Source: Candidatus Bathyarchaeota archaeon
GTDB taxonomy: Archaea > Thermoproteota > Bathyarchaeia > Bathyarchaeales > Bathyarchaeaceae
DNA length: 45,675 nt
Direction: 5' to 3'
Assembly: GCA_020344435.1 (NCBI GenBank)
Contig: CP070826.1
Location: 1,021,024 to 1,066,698 of the forward strand
This document shows positions 1-8,839 of the stretch, in pieces. Under the pieces are notes generated by a model that saw nothing but the letters and a program-made list of their open reading frames with translations, did not search any database and was not told the DNA's origin. The position numbers and the translations under genes are program-made. Position 1 is the first letter of the stretch, and every line of letters starts with the position of its first letter.

Positions 1-1
1 T

Positions 2-286
2 CCACCAGTCTGCTCCTGCGAGCCAAGAGAGTCCTATGAGGAGGATTATTGCGCCTATGATCAATCCTACAATCGCGCCTCCATGTGGGAGACCAAAACA
101 TTCTTCTTCGACACGCCTTCCAAATTGTTCTCCCCATTCTTCCGCACGTCTCCCGAATTCTTCGCCCCATTCCTCTGCACGCCTTTCGAACCCTTTCTCC
201 TGTGAGATCTCCAAGTTTGTCCCACACTTAACACAGTATTTGGCATCTTCTTCGTTTCTTGTGCCACACTTTGTGCAATGAACCAT
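2..286 (-). CDS. zinc-ribbon membrane protein, partial (3' end runs off the left edge of the window)
   Basis: The ATG at 286 (minus) opens a frame with no stop before position 1, so it is absent from the ORF track. My translation reads MVHCTKCGTRNEEDAKYCVKCGTNLE (two CxxC pairs). Three 11-aa repeats follow (FERRAEEWGEE / FGRRAEEWGEQ / FGRRVEEECFG), then a hydrophobic helix GGAIVGLIIGAIILLIGL. The listed ORFs 36..281(+) and 67..330(-) are low-complexity out-of-frame readings of the same DNA. Confidence 0.6.
   Translation of the reverse strand, partial: MVHCTKCGTRNEEDAKYCVKCGTNLEISQEKGFERRAEEWGEEFGRRAEEWGEQFGRRVEEECFGLPHGGAIVGLIIGAIILLIGLSWLAGADWW
112..202. repeat. tandem 33-nt repeat, about 2.8 copies, inside the zinc-ribbon CDS
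   Basis: Units start at 112 (cacgccttccaaattgttctccccattcttccg), 145 (cacgtctcccgaattcttcgccccattcctctg) and 178 (cacgcctttcgaaccc..., partial). The units stay in frame and encode the 11-aa RRAEEWGE repeats. Confidence 0.75.
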
Positions 287-572
287 AGGTCATTCCTACC
301 ATTCTCTTCTCGCGCAGAATACTGTTTCATAGGCTAGCGTATAAAAGTGATTCGATCAATCGGACGCGCATTGGTGAGCCCTCCAATCTTTCTTGCTATC
401 GAATTCTGAATCGAGAAAACGCATAGCCACTGCCCAAGTGATTCGCCCAGATTTGTCAGCCAGAAAAACGGCAATTGCATGCGCGCGCGTATCTGACATG
501 AGTCTTGAAAAGATTTCCTTCCATGGACTGGAAGTTGATCTCATATTTCATATTTCTATGTGCTTTTCAGAT

Positions 573-938
573 TCAAGCCTCAACCCTCTCCTTCTCAATG
601 GTCTTTCTAAGAAGCTTCAGAAGAATGGACCCAGCATCCGCTTCGCTGACTGTCTTGGTGAAGACCGATACTAGAGCCATCTTGCTCACAGTCTTGGCAA
701 GCCGCTCAGCGAGCACACGAGCAGTTGTGACATTTCTGTCACCAAGCAGAATTGAGGAGAGTGGTGGACCAACCAACTTATCCTCTTGAGGTATGGCAAC
801 AGCCAGCGTGCCAAGCTGGTCTTCCCCCTCGCTCAATAGAATGAGATCCGCGTTCCTTGTCTCCAGATAGACAGCCAAGAAAGACACACCATTCGCCTCC
901 AACTCTTCTTTAACAACTCTTGCACGTGACAAATGCAA
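573..938 (-). CDS. hypothetical protein (121 aa, soluble, TTG start)
   Basis: This is the longest ORF in the interval and has balanced composition (VVKEELEANGVSFLAVYLE...LGTLAVAIPQ). I do not recognise a family. Confidence 0.5.
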   Translation of the reverse strand: MHLSRARVVKEELEANGVSFLAVYLETRNADLILLSEGEDQLGTLAVAIPQEDKLVGPPLSSILLGDRNVTTARVLAERLAKTVSKMALVSVFTKTVSEADAGSILLKLLRKTIEKERVEA

Positions 939-1277
939 CCCTCACCATTTTTGTTATAGCCTTTGTTCTTTCCCTTATTTAGTGCTTATTAATGCCTTAG
1001 TGCGTCGAACATGTATCTTCTTGCTGTGTTGAATACGTGGAGACCAAGAGACTTCATCGAAGCCGCAATCGCTCAATTAGATCAGCCGAGAAGGGAGGTC
1101 TTCTAGCATGGATGCTAGCGCCGTGATAAGTGTCTGTTTTGAACGTCAATGGGATGGACGGCCGCAAGCTATTTCGGAAGTGAACGTAATCACTGGAGCA
1201 AGAGTCTAGCTCAATAGCTATGAGCAAAACTTTTATGGCATAGCCTTCCGCTAATAGCAGAGAATGAAGTTGAGAGC

Positions 1278-1664
1278 ATGTCCGAAGAGTTTATGAAAGT
1301 GGGAGACCTGAAGACCTACTCCAGAAGAGTAAACGTGAAGGTGAAGATTCTCAGCAAGACCGAGGCTCGTGAGGTTACATCGCGAAAAAGCGGCTCCACA
1401 TTCCGTGTTGCAGACGCCCTAGTAGGTGATGAGACGGGCTGCGTCTTACTTAATCTGTGGGAAGATGACATAGAGAAGTTCGATGAAGGTGATGTCATCA
1501 GCATAAAAAACGGATATGTGAATATATTTGGTGGCTCAATGAGACTGAATATTGGAAGGTACGGGCAGGCAGGCAAGATAGAAGAGGATATGCCAGAGAT
1601 AAATGCCGAAAACAACCTCTCCGAGAAGCTTTTTCCCTCTCAGAGAAGACAGGGAAATTACTGA
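1278..1664 (+). CDS. ssb: single-stranded DNA-binding protein, single OB fold (Sulfolobus SSB type)
   Basis: VNVKVKILSKTEAREVTSRKSGSTFRVADALVGDETGCVLLNLWEDD...IKNGYVNIFGGSMRLNIG parallels the Sulfolobus SSB OB fold as I remember it (VNVTVRVLEASEARQI...EAIVGDETGRVKLTLWG). A TATA-like cttttatgg lies about 40 nt upstream. Confidence 0.75.
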   Translation: MSEEFMKVGDLKTYSRRVNVKVKILSKTEAREVTSRKSGSTFRVADALVGDETGCVLLNLWEDDIEKFDEGDVISIKNGYVNIFGGSMRLNIGRYGQAGKIEEDMPEINAENNLSEKLFPSQRRQGNY

Positions 1665-1675
1665 CACCCATATAT

Positions 1676-2395
1676 TTGGCATTGACCCACGAAGATTATT
1701 CCCGACATTCTCCAGATGAGAGTGCTGCATTGAACACCAAAGAGAGAGCAGCTTGCATCCTCCATGAGCTGCAGAACACCTTCTCACTTTCGCAATCGGC
1801 GGACTCCTCCAGAATGCCGTTTAGAACCCTCATAAGAACGGTGCTCTCTCAAGCCACTGCTGATGTAACCAGCGATAGGGCGTTCCAGAATCTCTCAGAA
1901 AGGTTCCCAATTACCCCGACAGTACTTGCAAACGCAGACGCAAAAGAGATTGAAGAAGCGATAAGAGTAGCAGGCCTCTACAGGAACAAGTCAAAGGCCA
2001 TAAAGAATCTCTCTCAGGTAATACTTGATCAATTCGACGGCGCTCTCGACTTCATCTACACACTACCCGTTGAAGAGGCGAGAAGGAAGCTTGTTGGGCT
2101 GCCCGGCGTGGGAGCCAAGACAGCTGATGTAGTCCTGCTCTTCTGCACCGAAAGCCCTGTGATTCCCGTAGATACCCATGTCAACCGCGTCTCAAGAAGG
2201 CTCGGACTGGCTCCCTTAGATGGAAACTACGAAGAGATTCGAGAAGCACTCCAGAATCTCTATCAGCCCAAAGAGTATCTGCTTGTTCATCTCCTGTTGA
2301 TCTCACTCGGACGGAAATATTGCATGGCAAGAAGAATCCTGTGCAGGTCTTGCCCAGTAAACACTATGTGCCCATCCAGAAAGAATAGCGATTGA
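1676..2395 (+). CDS. nth: endonuclease III / HhH-GPD base-excision DNA glycosylase
   Basis: The helix-hairpin-helix GLPGVGAKTADVVLLF is followed by PVDTHVNRVSRRLGL. The C-terminal Fe-S loop is CMARRILCRSCPVNTMC (C-x6-C-x2-C-x5-C). The start codon is TTG. Confidence 0.88.
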   Translation: MALTHEDYSRHSPDESAALNTKERAACILHELQNTFSLSQSADSSRMPFRTLIRTVLSQATADVTSDRAFQNLSERFPITPTVLANADAKEIEEAIRVAGLYRNKSKAIKNLSQVILDQFDGALDFIYTLPVEEARRKLVGLPGVGAKTADVVLLFCTESPVIPVDTHVNRVSRRLGLAPLDGNYEEIREALQNLYQPKEYLLVHLLLISLGRKYCMARRILCRSCPVNTMCPSRKNSD

Positions 2396-2463
2396 TCAAT
2401 CTCTCCACTACTGATAGCTGGATGCCGTATGAGCGGCAAAATGCCTTAATGCTCACACACGTG

Positions 2464-3774
2464 CTATGAGGGAGACTCTGTGAGAGCTTGACTCAGCCCG
2501 ATTTCTCTGCCGTTTTTATCCAGTTTTATCTGGCCAACACGAATGGTGGAAAGTTTCTTGGTCACGGGTGTGAAAACTTTGATCGCCCGTCTTCTATAGT
2601 CGATCCCGTCTATGATGCCTATTCCCAGAAAAGCCCCTGTTTCATCGTGTAATCCCACGAGAAGACCCTCCTCCTCGCCATCGCGTATTACCCTCACCCA
2701 TTTCCCAGACGCCTCTTCAATCCTTCTCATCTGTTCCTCATCAACCCAGCTGCCCCTTCTCGAAACAATAAAAATCGTAGTTGGCATTTCTTCACAATAC
2801 ACGGGAGCGGATCCAAGTATTTCCCTTATCCTTTCCATTCTCTCGGCTTGTGGGATGTTGCCAGTCCCCATCAGCACTCTCTCAACCCTAACCCAGTTCA
2901 ATGGAGATGACTGTACCTTGGCTTTTCTCAGGTATTTCTTGTAACCTAATTCGCGCAGGATTTTTCTTTTCCCTCGGCTTCTCTTCTTAATTGCAGATGG
3001 AGAGGCTACAGCCAGAGTCTTCGTCTCCTTCAAAGTGCTGAGAATAGCGGTCAGCTCATCAGCCTCCTGCATCCCAACAACCACATCTGGGAGAACTTTC
3101 TCGGTCAACCCAACTTTGTAGCTTGCTGCTTCTTCACCAGAAACCCAACCGTCAGTGTTTATCACCAAGAGATCCAAGTCTGCGCGCTCAACGCTACTGT
3201 TCAATCTGACTAGGCCCTCTATTACCCAGTGCATTGCTTGGCTTGGGTTCATAAGCCCGACGAAATACGCCCTCTCAGCTTCGATCTCGAAGAGATCAAT
3301 GATAGGTTTTGTGATGGGACTAAATCCTATTGTGCCAGGTGGTCCAATGTCAGACTGTCCTAGATCGGCGTCGATTATTGCAGGTTTCCACTTCATTCTT
3401 AATGTTCGATTCAAAAGATAAGTGCAAAAGCTGGTTTTGCCGGAGTCGACCTCCCCCATCACCATAACAGTCAAGGGCCTTTTACACACTTTTATCTCCT
3501 TTATTGCGTCTTCCCACGAAGGAGGAATGGTGCTCCCCTTCACCTCTTCAAAAGAGGCGCCCTCACCCAGTGCAATATTGAATATGGTCCTCTTCCTAAC
3601 CATAAAGGGAACGCGCTTGCCCTCTCTTATCACAACTTTCCCCTCCTCAACCCGAGCTCCGAGAACCTCAACCGTACCATCAAAGTGGTCGACGGAGGCG
3701 GGTCCATCGACTAGTAGAGTTCTGCCTCTCTTGACCTCACGTCTCATCGCCACGCCTCCTCTGGAAGGTGACAC
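2464..3774 (-). CDS. Clp1/Grc3-type polynucleotide 5'-hydroxyl kinase
   Basis: The P-loop VMVMGEVDSGKTSFCTYLLN follows an N-terminal beta-rich domain, and the size (about 430 aa) is typical of archaeal Clp1. The ORF opens with GTG at 3774. An ATG at 3747 (MRREVKRG) is an alternative start. Confidence 0.75.
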   Translation of the reverse strand: MSPSRGGVAMRREVKRGRTLLVDGPASVDHFDGTVEVLGARVEEGKVVIREGKRVPFMVRKRTIFNIALGEGASFEEVKGSTIPPSWEDAIKEIKVCKRPLTVMVMGEVDSGKTSFCTYLLNRTLRMKWKPAIIDADLGQSDIGPPGTIGFSPITKPIIDLFEIEAERAYFVGLMNPSQAMHWVIEGLVRLNSSVERADLDLLVINTDGWVSGEEAASYKVGLTEKVLPDVVVGMQEADELTAILSTLKETKTLAVASPSAIKKRSRGKRKILRELGYKKYLRKAKVQSSPLNWVRVERVLMGTGNIPQAERMERIREILGSAPVYCEEMPTTIFIVSRRGSWVDEEQMRRIEEASGKWVRVIRDGEEEGLLVGLHDETGAFLGIGIIDGIDYRRRAIKVFTPVTKKLSTIRVGQIKLDKNGREIGLSQALTESPS

Positions 3775-4375
3775 CCCTTCTCTCAGCGATCTTCATGGCA
3801 GAAATGGCGTCTTTGGACTCACTCCAAAGAGGGGTAGCTCGCGTGAAATTGCTTGTCCCAACTTCACTCACTGTCTCGAGGACTATTTCCTTTGGCAAAA
3901 CCGCATCCAGCAAATGCAGCAGATTCGTGGTATAAGAGGGAACCCCATCTCCTATCCTTACTACGCTAGCCACAGCGGGTGTTCTGTTTAGAATTCTCAG
4001 AGTAGCGCTCACTGTTTCTCCCAAACTTGAAAGCGCAACTGCTTCCAAAACCTTTCCGTCAGCCAAGATAGCCAATCCGAAGGTTTTGCCCGGATCTATC
4101 CCAATGATAACCCTGTCGTAACTCTGCTTTCCGTTAGCAATGCGAATAGCTTCTTCGACAACGGCTTCGGCACCCTTCTCATCTTTAAATAGAAGGACGT
4201 TGGGGTGCCTGATAAGGTCGCGCTCTTCCTCGGTTGTTATCACAGTTTTGATGTACAGAGGGATATGATCTTGGGGAGTTAGGCTCAGAAAGGCCTCTTT
4301 CCTCTCTTTGAGTTCCCTCACAAGTTCATAGTAGGCTCTCCCTGACACGGTTGCAAGTGCTATCTTCGCCTTCAT
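3737..4375 (-). CDS. predicted RNase H-fold (RuvC/YqgF-like) nuclease
   Basis: VIIGIDPGKTFGLAILADGKVLEAV is the first-strand acidic motif of RNase H-like nucleases. I prefer the ATG at 4375 (MKAKIALATV) over the track start at 4462, because 4462 would overlap the divergent radB start. The 3' end overlaps the Clp1 start. Confidence 0.5.
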   Translation of the reverse strand: MKAKIALATVSGRAYYELVRELKERKEAFLSLTPQDHIPLYIKTVITTEEERDLIRHPNVLLFKDEKGAEAVVEEAIRIANGKQSYDRVIIGIDPGKTFGLAILADGKVLEAVALSSLGETVSATLRILNRTPAVASVVRIGDGVPSYTTNLLHLLDAVLPKEIVLETVSEVGTSNFTRATPLWSESKDAISAMKIAERRGVTFQRRRGDET

Positions 4376-4462
4376 TGGAATCGCTTCTTCTGTGTCTAGT
4401 AGGAGGACAAAATTATTAACTTTAGGCTTAATATCCGCTTTGAAGTGATGTACTTGCAGCAC

Positions 4463-5170
4463 ATGATTTTAACAGGCTGCCCTTCGCTTGATAGGTTGCT
4501 CGGAGGAGGGCTTCCCAGTGATGGAATATCACTAGTTTATGGAGAAGCGGAAACTGGGAAGTCCTCCCTTGCGGTTCAGTGTGCTGTCAACTGTGCCAGA
4601 ACAGGACTGAAGTCTATATTCATCGACTCGGACGACACGTTCTCCCCAAGAAGGTTCACACAGATAGCCCACAAGGATTACGAAATGATTTCTCCCCTCA
4701 TAGTGCTAATCAAGCCGAGCACATTTCGAGACCAAATGCAAGCTCTGGATCATTTAGAAAAGTATATGACGAAAAGAGTTGGATTATTGGTTGTCGACAC
4801 AATCACATCTCTGTATCGACTCGAGCTTGGAGACGCAAAAGACACATTCGAGATAAACAGAGAATTGAATAGGCAAATTGCTCACTTGTCCGAAGTCTCC
4901 GCAAGCTGTAGGGTGGCAACTCTCATCACAAGTCAGGTTCGAAGCATCCTAACAAGAGAACAAGAGGAGGTGGAGCCAGTGGCTACCCGGGTTTTGAAGT
5001 TCTGGTCGAAGGTTGTGCTGAGTTTGAAGCCCACGGGTCAAACGCATATCATAAGGGCCAATCTAGAGAAGCATCCAACGAGGAAGAAGCACGTGAGCTG
5101 CTATCTTACTATCAATAGAACGGGCATCCGTGACTGTAAGGGCGATATCTTAACCAAAACAGGGGGATAG
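4463..5170 (+). CDS. radB: RadB-type RecA-family recombinase paralog
   Basis: MILTGCPSLDRLLGGGLPSDGISLVYGEAETGKSSLAV has an intact Walker A motif, and VGLLVVDTITSLYR is the Walker B motif. The size is about 235 aa. The start is placed at the ATG at 4463. Confidence 0.8.
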   Translation: MILTGCPSLDRLLGGGLPSDGISLVYGEAETGKSSLAVQCAVNCARTGLKSIFIDSDDTFSPRRFTQIAHKDYEMISPLIVLIKPSTFRDQMQALDHLEKYMTKRVGLLVVDTITSLYRLELGDAKDTFEINRELNRQIAHLSEVSASCRVATLITSQVRSILTREQEEVEPVATRVLKFWSKVVLSLKPTGQTHIIRANLEKHPTRKKHVSCYLTINRTGIRDCKGDILTKTGG

Positions 5171-5243
5171 CGAGACGGCAGTAACCATCGTTGATGTTTT
5201 TCACGCGCTGATCTTCATATTTCCTGCCTACTGCGCAAATGGT

Positions 5244-5717
5244 ATGCCAGTTATCTTCGGTGGTGGACGCACTATCGATGGAGGCAGAAAGTTCTTGGAC
5301 GGGAAGCCTATCTTTGGTTCACACAAGACCTTCCGTGGGTTTTTTGCAGGCATGATAATCGGAACTTCAGTAGGCTTTGCTGAGCAAGTCTTGTTTGAAA
5401 ACTTTCATAGCTCTCCTTTCATTTCGATTATTCCTTTTTCTCCAAGTTTTTTCCTTGGACTTGCCCTATCACTGGGGGCGTTGCTGGGTGATCTAGCAGA
5501 TTCCTTCATCAAGCGGCGACTGAATATCCCCCCGGGATCCCCGCTTTTCTTGGTAGATCAGCTTGACTTTGTGGTAGGAGCCCTTCTCTTATCGCTAATA
5601 ATAGGCCAGCTGCCCTCTCTACCCATTACCTTAATCGTTATTGCCATAACACCGCCGATTCATCTTCTAACGAATTTCTCAGCGTATCTCCTCGGTCTAA
5701 AGAAGGAGTGGTGGTAA
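5244..5717 (+). CDS. carS: CDP-archaeol synthase; the true start is probably near 5194 (see finding)
   Basis: GSHKTFRGFFAGMIIG and LGDLADSFIKRRLNIPPGSPLFLVDQLDFVVGALLL match the CarS (DUF46) family. The conserved N-terminal helix FIFPAYCANG is encoded in frame upstream of the listed ATG, but no in-frame start codon precedes it. Confidence 0.85.
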   Translation: MPVIFGGGRTIDGGRKFLDGKPIFGSHKTFRGFFAGMIIGTSVGFAEQVLFENFHSSPFISIIPFSPSFFLGLALSLGALLGDLADSFIKRRLNIPPGSPLFLVDQLDFVVGALLLSLIIGQLPSLPITLIVIAITPPIHLLTNFSAYLLGLKKEWW

Positions 5718-5772
5718 GCGTCAGGCTTTGTAGCCGAGCGTGCACGAATCACAGGATCCATCTGGACAAGCT

Positions 5773-5798
5773 CTTTCTGCATACATGCATGCAGAAAG
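5773..5798. terminator. perfect 10-bp inverted repeat between convergent genes
   Basis: The arms are ctttctgcat (5773-5782) and atgcagaaag (5789-5798), separated by the loop acatgc. The element lies between the carS stop (5717) and the stop of the minus-strand membrane gene (5828). Confidence 0.35.
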
Positions 5799-5827
5799 CT
5801 TTCTGTCGGCTAATACTCCTTCTACGC

Positions 5828-6247
5828 TCAACGGGCAAGCAGCAGAAATTCAATTAGGACATATGCCACAAAGACGAAAGTACAGCCAATCAATAGTAAC
5901 ATGAATGCCTGTCGAGGTTTATACGCGTATCTTGTGCTCTCGTACGTCATGAGTAAACCTACAACAGCTATTGCGTATATGATCATTGCAAACATGCTTT
6001 CAGCCACAAATTGCTCGTTGATCCCATAGGGATAGTAGAAGATGATCCTACCCCCAGCAGCAAAGGCCGCAACGAGAGGTTTTTCTAGGAGATCGTAGAG
6101 TCCGCCTCCTAGAAAGAAGATGGAGGCTGCGACCGCTACAATAGCTATGAGGAAAATGGAGGGCTTTGCCGTAATAATTTTCCAGTATAGCTTTTGAATG
6201 TAGTAGATTATAGAAGAGAATCTTCTCGTTAGACCAGTCATGATCAT
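5828..6247 (-). CDS. hypothetical integral membrane protein (about 4 TM)
   Basis: The protein has four hydrophobic segments. Its ATG overlaps the stop of the upstream 71-aa ORF (ATGA at 6244-6247). Confidence 0.55.
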   Translation of the reverse strand: MIMTGLTRRFSSIIYYIQKLYWKIITAKPSIFLIAIVAVAASIFFLGGGLYDLLEKPLVAAFAAGGRIIFYYPYGINEQFVAESMFAMIIYAIAVVGLLMTYESTRYAYKPRQAFMLLLIGCTFVFVAYVLIEFLLLAR

Positions 6248-6459
6248 TTACCCTCTTTCCTGCTTAGATGCCTTACCACTTCTTTTGCCCAAGAGCCCGT
6301 ATAGGGATTCTCTGCGACCTCATTTAAATATTCCTTCCATAAAATGTCCATAGCTCCTTTCCACTTCTCATACATCAGAACCACGTTTTCATGGGCCTTT
6401 TTATGAAGCTCGCAGTATTCATTCGCTGCGTCTCTTTCGCAGATTTTGCATTTCACCAT
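6244..6459 (-). CDS. small Cys-containing protein (71 aa), hypothetical
   Basis: MVKCKICERDAANEYCELHKKAH looks like a partial zinc knuckle and the composition is balanced. It sits between topA (41-nt overlap) and the membrane gene (4-nt overlap). Confidence 0.45.
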   Translation of the reverse strand: MVKCKICERDAANEYCELHKKAHENVVLMYEKWKGAMDILWKEYLNEVAENPYTGSWAKEVVRHLSRKEGK

Positions 6460-8533
6460 ATTTCTTCCTTTCTTCTTTTCTTGGGCAGTCTGGATTAAAG
6501 CATAGCCTCCAAGGTCTTCTGTCCTTAATCCGCACTGCTACTATTGGCCATCCACAGGCTGTACATTCGATTCTCAGCGACTTCACTGTTCCTTTTTGCG
6601 GGAGAGGGAAGGAGGTTTCGCAGGTGCCCTCGAAATAATTTGTGCAGCCGATGAATCGCTTTCCGGTTTTTCGGGAATATAGGATTATCAGTTTTCCTGT
6701 TCCACAGCTTGAGCAGTTGCCAACAATACGCTCTTCCATTCTTGCTTTCTTCACGGCTTCACTCAGCGCTTCACCCAGTGCCACCTCTCTCTTCTTCAGC
6801 GCCTCTAGCATAGGCTTCAACTGATCAACAGCATCTACAAGTGCGTCTTCTCTGCTCTCGCTACCTGTTTGCACTTGTTCCATCTTCTCCTCAAGTTCTC
6901 GAGTGAACCTCACTGATATCACCCGGGGGCAGTGCTTGCGCAGGATTTCAACTATGTCGAATCCGAGGGCGGTGACTTCGATTCTCTGGTCTCTGACGTA
7001 TCTTCTCTCATAGAGGGTTTGAATGATGTCTGCTCTAGTGGCTTTTGTTCCAATGCCTTCCTCTTCCATCTTCTTCAGAAGACTACTTGGGTTGTAGCGA
7101 GGTGGGGGATTGGTGAATTTGTCCTCTCGTGTTATTTGCTTAAGCTCAATGGTCTCTCCTTCTTTTATCGTTGGGAGAAGCACTTCCTCAGTCTTTATGT
7201 ATGGTTCATAGAATTTCATCCAGCCTTCCTTCAAGACCCGTCTGCCCCGTAAATAGAAGGGATGACCGCCTAACAGAATGGTCGCCTTCATACTCTGTTT
7301 GATTGCTGGGTCTCCAAAAACTGCCATGAATCGTCTCACAATCAGGTCCCAGATGTTCTTCTCCTGATCGCTCAGGGCACGCCTCGGTAGGCTACCCGTG
7401 GGATAGACGGCGGGATGCGCAGGGTCTTCCTTTTTCCCTGCCCTTGGCTTGAGTTGAGCCCTTTTGAGAAGTGTAGTTGCGAGTCTCTTGTATGCCGCCC
7501 TTTTGCTTAGAGCTTTGAGTATGGCTCTATAGTTGATCGCTGGTGGCAACTTCTGACTGCTTGTCCTCGGGTAGGAAATCGAGGCTTCAAGGTAGAGTCT
7601 TTGGGCTATGTACGAGGTTCGTCTTGGGGTATATCCGAAGAGACGATAGGCTTCTGATTGTAGTCCGCCCAAGTCGAAGGGTATCGGGGGTCTCTGCCGG
7701 TATTTCCTGACAGCAATGCTTTCTATCTTGCCAGCCCTTCCTTTGCAGTTCTGCAGAACCTTCTCAGCTTCCGCCTTTTGCCTGATCTTCTTCTTCTCAT
7801 ACTCAACTTCGTAGGCAGATCCCTTTATCTCAACTTCAGCGTTTATGCTCCAATAGGGCTTGGGAACAAAGGTTCTGATTGTTCGTTCTCTTTTCACCAG
7901 AAATCTGAGAGTGGGTCCTTGCACTCTCCCGGTGCTTAGTGTATTATATCGTCCACTCCATCTTCTTGCAGAGAGAGTCAACGCTCGTGACAGGTTCACG
8001 CCATATAGCCAGTCTACTTCATGCCTGGTTCTCCCAGCTTCTATCAATGTAAAGTCGAGGTGAGGGAGAGGCTCCTCGTATGCCTGTGCTAGCTCGTCTT
8101 TTGTGAGCGTGGAGAACTTCATCCTTTTCGCTACATCTTCCTTGTCTCTGCAAGCGTACTTCAATAGCCAGTAGCCGATGAGGCTTCCTTCTATGTCGTA
8201 GTCGCAGGCGGCTATGAAATCATCGGCATCTTCAGAGAGTTTTGAGATAGTCCTGACCCATGCTTTTGTGTTTTTCGCGCCTCTTTCTGCTTTGTATCTT
8301 GGTTCCCACTTGAAGTTCAAGATTGGATAGAAGTTTCTTCTACCCCAACTTCGAACCAACGTGTAGAGATGCCCAAGAGCAGGTACGACAACAAGTTTTC
8401 TATCTCGCTCAGCTAGGAAGTAGGGAACACCATTATCCTCAACCTTTTTGGGCTTCCCTTTAGAATCAAGGGCCGTAGCAATTCTTCGCGCAGCATCAGG
8501 TTTTTCGGTGATTATTAGGGCGTACTTTTCCAT
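6419..8533 (-). CDS. topA: DNA topoisomerase, type IA, with C-terminal zinc ribbons
   Basis: The Toprim N-terminus is ALIITEKPDAARRIA...ACDYDIEGSLIG. The active-site tyrosine region is ISYPRTSSQKL. C-terminal Cys clusters are CSSCGTGKL...GCTNYFEGTC and CTACGWP...CFNPDCP. Confidence 0.92.
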   Translation of the reverse strand: MEKYALIITEKPDAARRIATALDSKGKPKKVEDNGVPYFLAERDRKLVVVPALGHLYTLVRSWGRRNFYPILNFKWEPRYKAERGAKNTKAWVRTISKLSEDADDFIAACDYDIEGSLIGYWLLKYACRDKEDVAKRMKFSTLTKDELAQAYEEPLPHLDFTLIEAGRTRHEVDWLYGVNLSRALTLSARRWSGRYNTLSTGRVQGPTLRFLVKRERTIRTFVPKPYWSINAEVEIKGSAYEVEYEKKKIRQKAEAEKVLQNCKGRAGKIESIAVRKYRQRPPIPFDLGGLQSEAYRLFGYTPRRTSYIAQRLYLEASISYPRTSSQKLPPAINYRAILKALSKRAAYKRLATTLLKRAQLKPRAGKKEDPAHPAVYPTGSLPRRALSDQEKNIWDLIVRRFMAVFGDPAIKQSMKATILLGGHPFYLRGRRVLKEGWMKFYEPYIKTEEVLLPTIKEGETIELKQITREDKFTNPPPRYNPSSLLKKMEEEGIGTKATRADIIQTLYERRYVRDQRIEVTALGFDIVEILRKHCPRVISVRFTRELEEKMEQVQTGSESREDALVDAVDQLKPMLEALKKREVALGEALSEAVKKARMEERIVGNCSSCGTGKLIILYSRKTGKRFIGCTNYFEGTCETSFPLPQKGTVKSLRIECTACGWPIVAVRIKDRRPWRLCFNPDCPRKEERKKYGEMQNLRKRRSE

Positions 8534-8609
8534 CCGGAATCTTCCATTTCTTCTTTCAGACGTATGCGTAAGTTATAAATAGTTTGCGACCTTTGGTCTC
8601 TGACGTTTA

Positions 8610-8792
8610 TTGCTAGGATGTGATTTCTTGCCTCAGAAAGTTGTCTGTCGGGAGTGTGGCTTTGTTCTTTACGAGGACCTAGACTTGAAGGCTCCAGATG
8701 AAATAATGCAGCAATACGATGGCAAATGTCCATCATGTGGCAAGAAGTTAACCTTCACTCCAGAAAACATCGAGGTTAAACCTGCCGAGTAA
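8610..8792 (+). CDS. small zinc-ribbon protein (60 aa)
   Basis: The Cys pairs are CRECG...(25 aa)...CPSCG. The start is TTG at 8610, with TTG at 8628 as an alternative. Confidence 0.5.
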   Translation: MLGCDFLPQKVVCRECGFVLYEDLDLKAPDEIMQQYDGKCPSCGKKLTFTPENIEVKPAE

Positions 8793-8839
8793 CCATTTGC
8801 TGAAATCATCATTGAAAGTCAATATTCATTCGAGGAGAT

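Noticed and set aside
36-330. The listed ORFs 36..281(+) and 67..330(-).
   Set aside because: Both are low-complexity (Ser/Pro-rich or basic) and overlap a much more protein-like frame, the zinc-ribbon plus TM protein that runs off the window edge. They are shadow frames of the 33-nt repeat.
481-489. Short alternating (CG)n tracts, here and at 18106-18114 and 20244-20251, considered as Z-DNA-prone or shared motifs.
   Set aside because: They are only 8-9 nt each with no shared flanking sequence. I cannot establish significance without genome-wide k-mer statistics.
940-1277. A 340-bp stretch without ORFs upstream of ssb, considered as a possible SRP RNA or other ncRNA.
   Set aside because: I found no SRP helix-8 motif (GGAA/AGCA-type loops), no RNase P conserved regions, no tRNA-like arms and no notable GC enrichment. 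It is more simply a long promoter or 5' region. A covariance-model scan would settle it.
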